Of a stretch of 64,000 bases of DNA, positions 51,826-60,684 are shown one piece after another. The position numbers and the translations under genes were made by a program. The number at the start of each line of letters is the position of its first letter. Position 1 is the first letter of the stretch. Below the pieces are notes generated by a model. The model was not told the DNA's origin. It did not search any database and saw only the letters and a list, made by a program, of their open reading frames with translations. The stretch is from Gemmatimonadota bacterium (GTDB lineage: Bacteria > Gemmatimonadota > Gemmatimonadetes > Palauibacterales > Palauibacteraceae): the NCBI GenBank assembly GCA_039585235.1, contig JBDGWG010000001.1, positions 1,022 through 65,021 on the forward strand, written 5' to 3'.

Positions 51826-52356
51826 TCAGCCCTCTGACGGTTCTTCGGTATCGAGCCGTCGCAACAGATTCTGCCCTAACACCTCGACGTATTGCCACGC
51901 CGGGTGCGTGCCCGGCACGGGCCGCATGAGCGACCACTGAACGGGCTCGGTCGGAAGGTCCATGGGATTGTACAGGGCTTCCACGTACAGCAGGGTGCCG
52001 CCCCGCTCCGGGTCCGCCCAGAAGAGCAGCTTGATGTACTTCTCCGGCTCCGACAGGTGGCCGAAAGTGGCCGTCTGGAGAACCCGTGGGACGTAGATCC
52101 AGTCCGACTCCATCGTCGCCATGTTGGTGCTGTCGTCCACAGTGCGGGAGAACCATCGAGGCTGGATCCCGTCGTTGCGCAGGACCTCCCAGGCCCTCTC
52201 CATCACCGTGTCCGGTGGAGCAGCCACCCGCACCACCGTCGCGTCCCTCGATGGCCCGCGACTGATACCGTGGCTCCCTGATCCGGACGCACATGCGGCC
52301 AGCATGCCGGCTACCAGCCCGGTCGCGAGCCATGTCGTTGTTCGGGGAGAGAGCAT
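51826..52356 (-). CDS. Lipoprotein, unknown function, first gene of the ccm operon
   Basis: Lipobox LVAGMLAACASG. Strong SD GAGGAGG 5 nt upstream of ATG 52356. Stop codon is in frame with, and directly abuts, the ccmA N-terminal coding sequence. Confidence 0.6.
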   Translation of the reverse strand: MLSPRTTTWLATGLVAGMLAACASGSGSHGISRGPSRDATVVRVAAPPDTVMERAWEVLRNDGIQPRWFSRTVDDSTNMATMESDWIYVPRVLQTATFGHLSEPEKYIKLLFWADPERGGTLLYVEALYNPMDLPTEPVQWSLMRPVPGTHPAWQYVEVLGQNLLRRLDTEEPSEG

Positions 52357-52534
52357 GTAACCTCCTCGGCCTCGGATGTGCTGGGCGCCCTCCGGCCTCA
52401 CACGAGCATTTGGTTATGCGGCCTGAGGCGTCCCGATGCAAGCTTTCGGTGCCGCTTCAGCACCTTCTGGAACCGGTACGTCGCACGCGATATGTTCGGC
52501 TCGGCGCTGGCCCGAAGCCAGGACAGTGAACGCA

Positions 52535-53770
52535 GTGGAAACGACCGGAGGAACCGTGGATCTCACCGATATCGCAGCGCTCGCTCAGCCGACGGGCGAG
52601 AAGATCCTGCTCCTGGTGCTCGACGGAGTCGGGGGGCTTCCGCTCGAGCCTGGCGGCCTGACGGAGCTGGAGACGGCCCGGACGCCCCGAATGGACGCGC
52701 TGCTCGCGTCCGGCGATGCGGGGCTTCACGTGCCGGTGGCGCGCGGCGTGACCCCCGGTAGCGGCCCGGGCCACCTGGCGCTGTTCGGATTCGATCCGCT
52801 GGAGTATCGGGTCGGCCGCGGGGCTCTCGCGGCCCTCGGTGTCGAGTTTCCCCTCCAGCCCGGCGACGTCGCGGTCCGCGGGAATCTATGCACGATCGAC
52901 GGCCAGGGCGTCGTCTCCGATCGAAGGGCCGGGCGCATACCGACGGAAGAGGCCCAGCCGGTACTGGAGCTGCTGGACGGCATCCGGATCGCCGGTGCGC
53001 AGACGTTCGTCAGACCCGTGAAGGAACATCGCTTTCTTCTGGTTCTTCGCCCCGAAGAGGCGACGGGGGCCGACATCGAAGACACGGATGCCGGAGTCAC
53101 CGGCGTCCCGCCACTGGACGTCGTGGCCCGCTCCCCGGGCTCGGAGCCGGCGGCGCGGATCACACGCGAATGGCTCGCACAGGCGTCCAGCGTGCTCGCA
53201 GGTCAGACGCGAGCGAACATGGCCCTCCTGCGCGGCTTCGCGGCGCTGCCCGACTGGCCACGCTTCCCGGACGTGTATCGGATGCGCTCGCTCGCCGTGG
53301 CCGCCTATCCTATGTACCGCGGTGTGGCCCGGCTCGTGGGAATGGATGCGGTCGGGGTCGAGGATGACCCTGCTGCCCTCGTACCGGCGCTGTGTGACCG
53401 GATCGACGACTACGACTTCTTCTTCCTGCATGTGAAGGGCACGGACAAGGCGGGCGAGGACGGCGACTTTCAGAGAAAAGTGGACATCATAGAGCGAGTG
53501 GACGAACTTCTGCCGGACCTCCTGGCGACGGGAATCGGGGTCACCTTGATTACCGGCGATCATTCGACGCCAGCCAGAATGAGTGCCCACAGCTGGCACC
53601 CCGTGCCATTCCTCCTGCACGGTGGTCCTGGCCGAGGGCACCGGAGCGAGGGCACGGCGGGGTTCGGCGAGTCGGAGTGTGCCCGCGGATCGATCGGCTT
53701 CATCCGCGGGTGCGAGCTCATGCCGCTCGCGATGTCGTGGGCCGGACGACTCGCGAAGTACGGAGCCTGA
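52535..53770 (+). CDS. apgM: 2,3-bisphosphoglycerate-independent phosphoglycerate mutase, archaeal-type (ApgM family metalloenzyme)
   Basis: KILLLVLDGVGGLP N-terminal metal-binding motif and the C-terminal block ITGDHSTPARMSAHSWHPVPFLL. GTG start at 52535 (or 52556); the ORF track's 52436 start adds a non-conserved leader. Confidence 0.75.
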   Translation: METTGGTVDLTDIAALAQPTGEKILLLVLDGVGGLPLEPGGLTELETARTPRMDALLASGDAGLHVPVARGVTPGSGPGHLALFGFDPLEYRVGRGALAALGVEFPLQPGDVAVRGNLCTIDGQGVVSDRRAGRIPTEEAQPVLELLDGIRIAGAQTFVRPVKEHRFLLVLRPEEATGADIEDTDAGVTGVPPLDVVARSPGSEPAARITREWLAQASSVLAGQTRANMALLRGFAALPDWPRFPDVYRMRSLAVAAYPMYRGVARLVGMDAVGVEDDPAALVPALCDRIDDYDFFFLHVKGTDKAGEDGDFQRKVDIIERVDELLPDLLATGIGVTLITGDHSTPARMSAHSWHPVPFLLHGGPGRGHRSEGTAGFGESECARGSIGFIRGCELMPLAMSWAGRLAKYGA

Positions 53771-53831
53771 CACGAACGGAGCTTTCAACGCGTCGCCTCG
53801 GATGAGGAGAGCGCTCGTGAGAGGAGATGAG

Positions 53832-54647
53832 ATGCGGTGTCCGAAGTGCGGTAGCGACGAGAGCGGAAAATTCTGTTCGAAGTGCGGAACCGAGGTGCGC
53901 CGGAAGGCCGGTGGCACCAAGTGCTCGAAGTGCGGCAAGGGCCTCGAGCCGGGGGCCATGTTCTGTGCCGAGTGCGGCGAGCCGACCGGTCACCGCCCCG
54001 CCAAGGGTGCCTCTGCCTACCTTCCATGGGTCCTCTCTGGTCTGGCGCTCGTCGCGTTCGCCGTGGCCCTCACGATGTTCATCCAGGGCCAGACCGCGAG
54101 TCGAGTTGGCGACATGCCGCTGAGCGGAGCTCTTCCGGAGGCGGAGCGTGTCAGCCCGGACGGCACACCGCTGGCGCCTGCCGGGGCCGGACCGGGGGGT
54201 ATCGACCTCGGCTCAATGTCTCCCCGCCAGGCGGCGGACCGCCTGTTCGACCGCGTGATGCGCGAGGACGAGGCGGGCAACGAGGCCCAGGCACAGCAGT
54301 TCGCCACCATGGCGATCCAGGCCTACGGAATGCTGCCTCCGGCCGAGGTGGATGCCGACGCCCACTTCCATCTGGGATTGCTGAACCTGGTGCTCGACGA
54401 TGCGGATGCCGCGGACCAGGAAGCGAACCTCATCCTCGCGCTGGACAATCAGCACCTTCTGGCACTGTCTATCAAGGCGAGGGTCGCGGAGGCGCGGGGA
54501 GACAGCGCGGGCCAGACCGCCGCCTACGATCAGTTCCTCGATGCGCTTCCCGCGGGCCTGGCCTCGGGCAAGGCCGAGTACCAGATGCACGACAACATGC
54601 TGGAGGCTGAATCCGTGCGGGCCCGGGAAGCCACGGGCAGGAACTGA
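53832..54647 (+). CDS. Double zinc-ribbon membrane protein with periplasmic/helical-repeat C-terminal domain
   Basis: MRCPKCGSDESGKFCSKCG...KCSKCGKGLEPGAMFCAECG gives two CxxC..CxxC ribbons, followed by a TM helix (WVLSGLALVAFAVALTMF) and an Ala/Asp-rich helical domain. SD AGGAG 6 nt upstream. Confidence 0.6.
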   Translation: MRCPKCGSDESGKFCSKCGTEVRRKAGGTKCSKCGKGLEPGAMFCAECGEPTGHRPAKGASAYLPWVLSGLALVAFAVALTMFIQGQTASRVGDMPLSGALPEAERVSPDGTPLAPAGAGPGGIDLGSMSPRQAADRLFDRVMREDEAGNEAQAQQFATMAIQAYGMLPPAEVDADAHFHLGLLNLVLDDADAADQEANLILALDNQHLLALSIKARVAEARGDSAGQTAAYDQFLDALPAGLASGKAEYQMHDNMLEAESVRAREATGRN

Positions 54648-54653
54648 GTCCGA

Positions 54654-56990
54654 TCAGCCCGCAGGGGAGGCAGATGGTGGATCTATGCTGGCGCCTCGCA
54701 GGCGGTTCGCGTTGGTGACCACGGTGATCGAGCTCAGGGCCATCGCCGCCTCGGCGAGGATCGGGTGCAGCAGGCCGAGGACGGCCACCGGGATGGCTAT
54801 CGTGTTGTAGAAGTAGGCCCAGAACAGGTTCTGCCGGATCTTCCTGAACGTGGCGCGCGCCAGGAGGACCGCTCGAACGACCGACGTCAGACTGCCGTGC
54901 ACGAGCGTCATGTCCGCTGCCTCGATCGCGATGTCGGTGCCGGTCCCGATCGCTATGCCCACGTCGGCCTGCTTGAGCGACGGAGCGTCGTTGATCCCGT
55001 CTCCCACCATGGCCGTCACCGCTCCGGCCGCCTGGAGCTCCCGGATTGCGTTCACCTTGCCGTCCGGAAGGAGTCCTGCCCTGACTTCGTCGATGCCGAC
55101 CTCATCGGCGACGGCTCGCGCCGTGCGCTCGTTGTCACCCGTGAGCATGATGGTCCTGAGACCGAGGGCGGACAGATCCCGGATCGCCCGCCGGCTGTCG
55201 TCCTTGATCCGATCGGCCACGGCCAACAGGCCCTGGGCCTGTTCCCCGGCCGCCACAAACATGGCCGTGTGCCCGCGCGCCTCGAGCTCCTCGGCCGCTC
55301 CGGCCAGGCTGCCCACGTCCACCTCCCGCTCCTGCATCAGGCGCCCGCTGCCCACGAGGACCGGTGTGCCTTCCACGACGCCCGAGACTCCGAGTCCGGT
55401 GAGGGCCTGGAAGCCGATTGCCGGCGCGAGCTGGAGGCCCCGATTCACGGCGGCCCCCGCGATCGCCTGACCGAGCGGGTGCTCCGAGCCGTGCTCCACC
55501 GAGGCGGCCAGGCGGAGCACATCTTCCTCCGATAGGCCGCGCGTCGCGACGATCTCCGTCACCGACGGTTCTCCGCGCGTAATCGTCCCCGTCTTGTCGA
55601 AAACGATGACGTCGGCCCCTTCGAGGGTCTGGATGGCGGCTCCGTCACGGATCAGGATACCGTTCTCCGCTCCGAGTCCAGTGCCGACCATGAGCGCCGT
55701 GGGCGTCGCGAGGCCGAGGGCACACGGGCAGGCGATGACCAGTACGGCCAGGGCGGCGAACAAGGCCAGCGAGGCCCGTCCCAGGTCGGGCTGCACCCAC
55801 GGTACGAATGCGGCCGCCCACTCGACCACGGCGTGGAACAACTCCGGAAACAGGAGCCAGCCCAGCAACGTGGCGAGCGAGATCGCGAGGACGACGGGAA
55901 CGAATACGGCGGTAACCCGATCGGCGAACTCTTGGATCGGCACCTTGCTTCCCTGGGCCTGCTCGACCATCCGGACCACGCCCGCCAGGAAGGTGTTCTC
56001 GCCAACGCCCGTCGCCCGCACACGGAGCAGTCCCTGCCGGTTGACCGTGGATCCGATGACCCGGTCGCCCTTAGTCTTGTCGACCGGCATCGACTCGCCC
56101 GTGGCCAGCGATTCGTCTACCGCGCTGTACCCGGACTCGACCAGGCCGTCGGTGGGGATCTTCTCTCCCGGACGAACGACCATCAGGTCTCCGACTGCCA
56201 CGGCAGAGATCGGGATCTCGACCTCCTGCCCCTCGCGCAGTACCCGGGCGGTCCTAGCTTCCAGCGACAGCAGTTTTTGAATTGCCGCCGAGGTGCGACC
56301 GCGCGCCTTGGTCTCCACGAACCGGCCGGTCAGGTGGATGGCCATGATCATGGCGCCCACGCCGGCGTAATTCATGATCATCGGTCCGGCGCCGAAATGA
56401 TGTGGCAGCCCGCCGAGGCCTGTCAGGACGGCCGCCCCGCTCCCGAGGGCGATCAGGCTGTCCATGTTGGGACGCCGGCCGGCCAGGGCCCGCAGCCCGC
56501 TGGCCATCGTCTCGCGCCCGGGTCCCAGGAGAACCGGGAGCGCGAGGATCACCAGGCCGAGGTCGAACGCGACGGCGCTCGGCCAGGGGGCCCCGAAGAA
56601 CATCTCCGGGATCATCCACACCATGATGGGCACGGTGACGGCCCAGGCGAAGAACATCCGTCGTCGCGCCCGGGTTACCTTCGCCTCGTCCCGCCGCAGG
56701 CGCTCGCGTTCGCGCTCGGCCCTGTCCTCGAGGGGATCTCTGGCCACCAGCGTGAACCCGGCGTCGGCCACGGTTCGTTCGAGCTCTTCGAAGGCAACGT
56801 AGGGCTCCGCAAAGCGCACGGTCGCGGTCTCGGCCGGGAGACTGACGGCAGCCTCGATGCCCTCCACCCGGTTCAGGGCCCGCTCTACGGCGGCGCTGCA
56901 CGCACCGCAGTGCATACCCTCGATCGCGTATACCTCGATGCGCTGGTCCGACCCGGCCGCGTCACCGTTCTGTGCATGGGAGTCTCGCAT
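54654..56990 (-). CDS. copA: Copper-translocating P1B-type ATPase
   Basis: N-terminal HMA domain [18 protein letters not shown] ion-translocation motif [12 protein letters not shown], phosphorylation site DKTGTIT, and the [12 protein letters not shown] hinge. Confidence 0.9.
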   Translation of the reverse strand: MRDSHAQNGDAAGSDQRIEVYAIEGMHCGACSAAVERALNRVEGIEAAVSLPAETATVRFAEPYVAFEELERTVADAGFTLVARDPLEDRAERERERLRRDEAKVTRARRRMFFAWAVTVPIMVWMIPEMFFGAPWPSAVAFDLGLVILALPVLLGPGRETMASGLRALAGRRPNMDSLIALGSGAAVLTGLGGLPHHFGAGPMIMNYAGVGAMIMAIHLTGRFVETKARGRTSAAIQKLLSLEARTARVLREGQEVEIPISAVAVGDLMVVRPGEKIPTDGLVESGYSAVDESLATGESMPVDKTKGDRVIGSTVNRQGLLRVRATGVGENTFLAGVVRMVEQAQGSKVPIQEFADRVTAVFVPVVLAISLATLLGWLLFPELFHAVVEWAAAFVPWVQPDLGRASLALFAALAVLVIACPCALGLATPTALMVGTGLGAENGILIRDGAAIQTLEGADVIVFDKTGTITRGEPSVTEIVATRGLSEEDVLRLAASVEHGSEHPLGQAIAGAAVNRGLQLAPAIGFQALTGLGVSGVVEGTPVLVGSGRLMQEREVDVGSLAGAAEELEARGHTAMFVAAGEQAQGLLAVADRIKDDSRRAIRDLSALGLRTIMLTGDNERTARAVADEVGIDEVRAGLLPDGKVNAIRELQAAGAVTAMVGDGINDAPSLKQADVGIAIGTGTDIAIEAADMTLVHGSLTSVVRAVLLARATFRKIRQNLFWAYFYNTIAIPVAVLGLLHPILAEAAMALSSITVVTNANRLRGASIDPPSASPAG

Positions 56991-57114
56991 GTCTCCGCCC
57001 TGGCCTCGGAACCCTGGTTCATGCCGCAGCGCCGGTCCAACCGTGGCTCAATCGCTGCGACTGGATGGTACCCGCACGGGTTCCACCGGGACACCCTCGG
57101 CGTTAGACTCATGC

Positions 57115-57786
57115 ATGTTCAAGAAGCTGAAAGAAGCCATCGAGTCAGCGCTCGGCGCCCTCGAAGGGCGTGCGGGCGACACGACCCGGGAGGATGTCGA
57201 GAAGTTACTCGACGGGATGCGTGAAGAGCTGATCGAAACGAAAGCCCGGATCCCGGTGCTCGAAGACCAGGTGGAGAAGCTGAAGCTCGCGCACAGTCGA
57301 GAGATCAAGCAAGCGGAAGACTGCCACCGCCGTGCGGTTCAGGCTCAGAGCATCGGCGACGAGGAAACCGTCGATGTCGCTCTGCGATTCGAGGCCAAGC
57401 ACCGGGTGGCGGTGGACGTGTGGGTTCAGAAGATCGAGGCGGCCGAGGCCGAGCTCGCCATGCAGCAGCAGACGGTCGAGGAGCAGACAGAGCAGCTGAA
57501 GGAAGCCCGGGCCCAGAAGGACGTGCTCGCGATCCAGGCGCGGCGGGCAGGGAGCACCGAGCGGATGAGGGGAGGGGGTCGTTCGAGCGTGGATGAATTC
57601 GACCGGCTCGCGGACGCGATCGAGCGCGAAGATGATCTCGGCGCGGCCAGCCGTGCGGTCGAGAGTGACCTGGACGGCGGGTACGATCCGGACGACCTGG
57701 GCGACGAGCGTCCGAGTCTGTCGAAGGAAGAGCTCGCGGAGCTTCAGCTGGAGCGGCTGAAGCGCCAGATGAAGGAAGACGCCTGA
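57115..57786 (+). CDS. pspA: PspA/IM30 family protein
   Basis: MFKKLKEAIESALGALEGRAGD..., all-helical coiled-coil with heptad E/K/Q/A repeats, ~223 aa. No pspBC follow. Confidence 0.75.
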   Translation: MFKKLKEAIESALGALEGRAGDTTREDVEKLLDGMREELIETKARIPVLEDQVEKLKLAHSREIKQAEDCHRRAVQAQSIGDEETVDVALRFEAKHRVAVDVWVQKIEAAEAELAMQQQTVEEQTEQLKEARAQKDVLAIQARRAGSTERMRGGGRSSVDEFDRLADAIEREDDLGAASRAVESDLDGGYDPDDLGDERPSLSKEELAELQLERLKRQMKEDA

Positions 57787-57823
57787 CGGGCCCAGGAAGG
57801 ATGCTGGCTTCTTCCACAGCCCT

Positions 57824-58846
57824 CTAGGCCTGAGCGCTCCGTGTCAGACGGTCGATCTGTTCCTCCCTTCCCATCACAATCAGAACGTCTCCCGCCTGGA
57901 TCCGGTGCTCTGGACCGGGATTGTAGGACCAGGGGCCGACTCGGCCCGGCGCGTCCGCGTGCCGGGCCGCGATCACGATCAAGCCTGTCTTTTGTGGGAT
58001 CCTGGCCTGGGCCAGCGTCTGCTCTTCGAACGGCGACCCTACCGGCACGTGCACTTCCTCGAGTCTGAGGTCGAGTTCCTCGCTCCGCGTGGCCACGTCC
58101 AGAAAGCTGACCACCTCGGGCTGCAGGAGCATGGCTGCCATGCGCATGCCGCCGGTGAGATTCGGGCTCACCACGTGGTCCGCTCCGGCGACGTAGAGCT
58201 TCTGCAGAGTCTGTTCGTTGTACGCCCGGGCCACGATCGTGAGGCCCGGTTGCAGGTCACGCGCACTCAGGCATACGAACAGATTGTCCGTGTCGGCGCT
58301 CAGACAGGTGACGAGGCCCGTCGCGGTGCCGATCCTGGCTTCGATAAGCGATTCGTCTCGCGTCGCATCGGCGATCACGACCAGGACGTCGTCGAACTCG
58401 TCGCGCAGGACGTCGGCCTGGTCCGCTTCCTTTTCGACGACGACGTAGGACTTCCCGGCCGCCTCGAGCTCGCGAGCGACCTGGCGCCCCGTGCGTCCCG
58501 CGCCGCATACGATGTAGTGGTCTTTGAGCGTATCGATTTTCTTCATGGTTCGCCGGGTCAGGAAAGCGTGAGCGAGGTCCATCTCGACGATGGCGGACGT
58601 GACCAGCGCGAACCAGACGCCGAGCAGCGTCAGGCCGCCGAGGATGAGGAAGCTCGCAAGGATCCGCCCTCCCGTGTGCAGGTCGTGAACCTCTTCATAG
58701 CCCACGGCCGACAGGGTGATGACGGTCATGAAAAAGGCGTCCGACAGGTCGTACTCGGGGATCAGCAGGAATCCGACCGTGCCGAAGACGAGGAGCGCAA
58801 GGGCGCCGACCGCCATCCAGGCGAAACGCCGCCAGAATCTTCTCAC
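57824..58846 (-). CDS. Two-TM cation channel with tandem RCK/TrkA-N domains
   Basis: Pore region FFMTVITLSAVGYEEV (a GYE variant of the K+ filter), then two Rossmann-like RCK domains (YIVCGAGRTGRQVAREL; ...DVVFERIDFL...). Confidence 0.7.
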   Translation of the reverse strand: MRRFWRRFAWMAVGALALLVFGTVGFLLIPEYDLSDAFFMTVITLSAVGYEEVHDLHTGGRILASFLILGGLTLLGVWFALVTSAIVEMDLAHAFLTRRTMKKIDTLKDHYIVCGAGRTGRQVARELEAAGKSYVVVEKEADQADVLRDEFDDVLVVIADATRDESLIEARIGTATGLVTCLSADTDNLFVCLSARDLQPGLTIVARAYNEQTLQKLYVAGADHVVSPNLTGGMRMAAMLLQPEVVSFLDVATRSEELDLRLEEVHVPVGSPFEEQTLAQARIPQKTGLIVIAARHADAPGRVGPWSYNPGPEHRIQAGDVLIVMGREEQIDRLTRSAQA

Positions 58847-59004
58847 GTGCGATCGTCGGGTCGGTGTGATCGATGCATGGCCGGAATATAGGGGTGCCGC
58901 CGCCGCCCCGTCAGTACGTTTCGATCCGGCGGACCGGGCACGTCCATCGCCTTTCGGCCCCGGAAGCCGCTGCGCGAGACCGCGGGCCGACGGGAGCGGA
59001 CGGT

Positions 59005-60564
59005 TCAGCCACTCCGATCGTGCTTCACGGTCACCTCACGTCCGCGGATGGCGGTTCCGTTCAGTTTCTCTATGACCTGATCGACGACCTGCGAATCGAT
59101 CTCCACGAGCGAGAAGCTGCCCCGGATTTCGATCTTGCCGATCTGCGCGCCAGCGATTCCCGTCTCCCCGGTGATCGCTCCCACCAGGTCTCCGACGCGC
59201 ACCGAATCACGATTACCGGCCCCGATGAACACGCGTGACCAGGCTCCTCGAGCTCCGCGGTGCGCGGCCCCCCGGGCTGCGCCCGAGCTTCGGTCAGCCG
59301 ACCGGTGCCCGACTCGCGTCGGCTCGCCGCCCCGTGAGGCGGCCTCCACGTCGGCCCAAGGGCGCACGGTGGGGTCCCCTCCGCCGGATCGCCGCAGCAG
59401 ATCTGACAGCGCAGCCGCAACGCGAGCGGTCCCGAACTCCTTCACCAGCGGCTCGAGGACCAGGAGCTCCGCGTCCGTCCCTCCGCGTTCGACGCGCGCC
59501 CGCACGAGCGACCGGTACCGGCCCACCGGGTTGAGCTCGGCCGTCGGAAGGAAGTCCGGGAGTAACCGGACCGATATGCCCGCGCGGGCGGCGAGAATCT
59601 CCATCTGCGCCCGGTGCGACGGATCCAGGATCACCACCGCGTGGTCGCTCGATCCGGCGGCCAGAGACTCGATGGACAGCGGAAGGCCGAGCCAGGCCCG
59701 TGCCGTGCCCGCTCCTTCACCGGCGTCTGGCAGAGTCGCCACGACGTCCCAGCCGTCCCCGGGTTCCGCGAGAGTGAATCCCGCGCTCTCGAGGGCCGCC
59801 GCCACGTTCTGAACGGAAGACTCCGACCGGCAGCGCACCCGCGCCTCCGCACGTCCGGAAAGCGCTCCAATCAGAAGGGAGAGGCGCTCCCTGGCGGACG
59901 CACCCAGCCCGGCGGCGACCCGCTCAGGGTAGCCTCCCCCCACGGGGTCGGGCGAGTCTCCTTCCTCGAAGGCGCTTTCAGGCCATCGGCGACCCCTCGG
60001 AAGCTGTCGCTGCACCAGCTCGCGGAATGTTCCGTCAACCCTTCGTGTTACGGCGATGCGCTTGGCGTCACCGCTGAGCGTGTCGAGCAGGGGCTCGACC
60101 GAGGCCCACTCGTCCAGATCCTCGAGGTCTGCGACTCCGTCGAGGATCAGAAGACGCAGATCGCCTAGGCCAAGCCGGCCCAGTCGGATTTCGGGGAGGA
60201 GCAATGACGGTCGTGCCACCAGGCACTGTACGGCGGTCGCCCCGACGTCGAGGCTTCCGTCCGTCCGCAGCCGCGCGACCCCGGCCCGCAGCCCCTGCGG
60301 ACCGATCGCACGCTGCACGGCGAGGGCCAGCTCGGTGGCGCGGTCACGTGTCGAAACGAGAACGAGAGCCTGGAGACCCGGTTCCGGGTCGCACGAGGCG
60401 CTGACTGCGAGCGCGTACACGGACTCGACCGCCGAGCCCCGCCCGGCAGCCAGGGCGAGATGATGGCCTCGCCGGATCGGCGTGTCAGCCGCGCCGAGGA
60501 TCTCGGGCACTTCCCGATACCCCATTCGGCCCGCGATTTCGGTCAGACTGGGCTCGTTCGACAT
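59005..60564 (-). CDS. DEAD-box-helicase-like protein with degenerate ATPase motifs and C-terminal DbpA-type RNA-binding domain
   Basis: C-terminal 75 aa (RVFIGAGNRDSVRVGDLVGAITGETGIAGAQIGKIEIRGSFSLVEIDSQVVDQVIEKLNGTAIRGREVTVK) matches the DbpA/YxiN RBD. The N-terminal two RecA-like domains keep helicase spacing, but motif I is AAGRGSAVE (no GKT), Ia is STRDRATEL, and II is DGVAD instead of DEAD. Confidence 0.6.
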   Translation of the reverse strand: MSNEPSLTEIAGRMGYREVPEILGAADTPIRRGHHLALAAGRGSAVESVYALAVSASCDPEPGLQALVLVSTRDRATELALAVQRAIGPQGLRAGVARLRTDGSLDVGATAVQCLVARPSLLLPEIRLGRLGLGDLRLLILDGVADLEDLDEWASVEPLLDTLSGDAKRIAVTRRVDGTFRELVQRQLPRGRRWPESAFEEGDSPDPVGGGYPERVAAGLGASARERLSLLIGALSGRAEARVRCRSESSVQNVAAALESAGFTLAEPGDGWDVVATLPDAGEGAGTARAWLGLPLSIESLAAGSSDHAVVILDPSHRAQMEILAARAGISVRLLPDFLPTAELNPVGRYRSLVRARVERGGTDAELLVLEPLVKEFGTARVAAALSDLLRRSGGGDPTVRPWADVEAASRGGEPTRVGHRSADRSSGAARGAAHRGARGAWSRVFIGAGNRDSVRVGDLVGAITGETGIAGAQIGKIEIRGSFSLVEIDSQVVDQVIEKLNGTAIRGREVTVKHDRSG

Positions 60565-60684
60565 ATCAAGTCACGCTCTCTCTTACCGGTCCTGGATACC
60601 CGGATCGTGGTTGACGAGGCCACCGGATCGCCCCTAGTCTACCCGGCGCTCTTCGCGTCCACATGCACCCCCGATCGGAACGCC

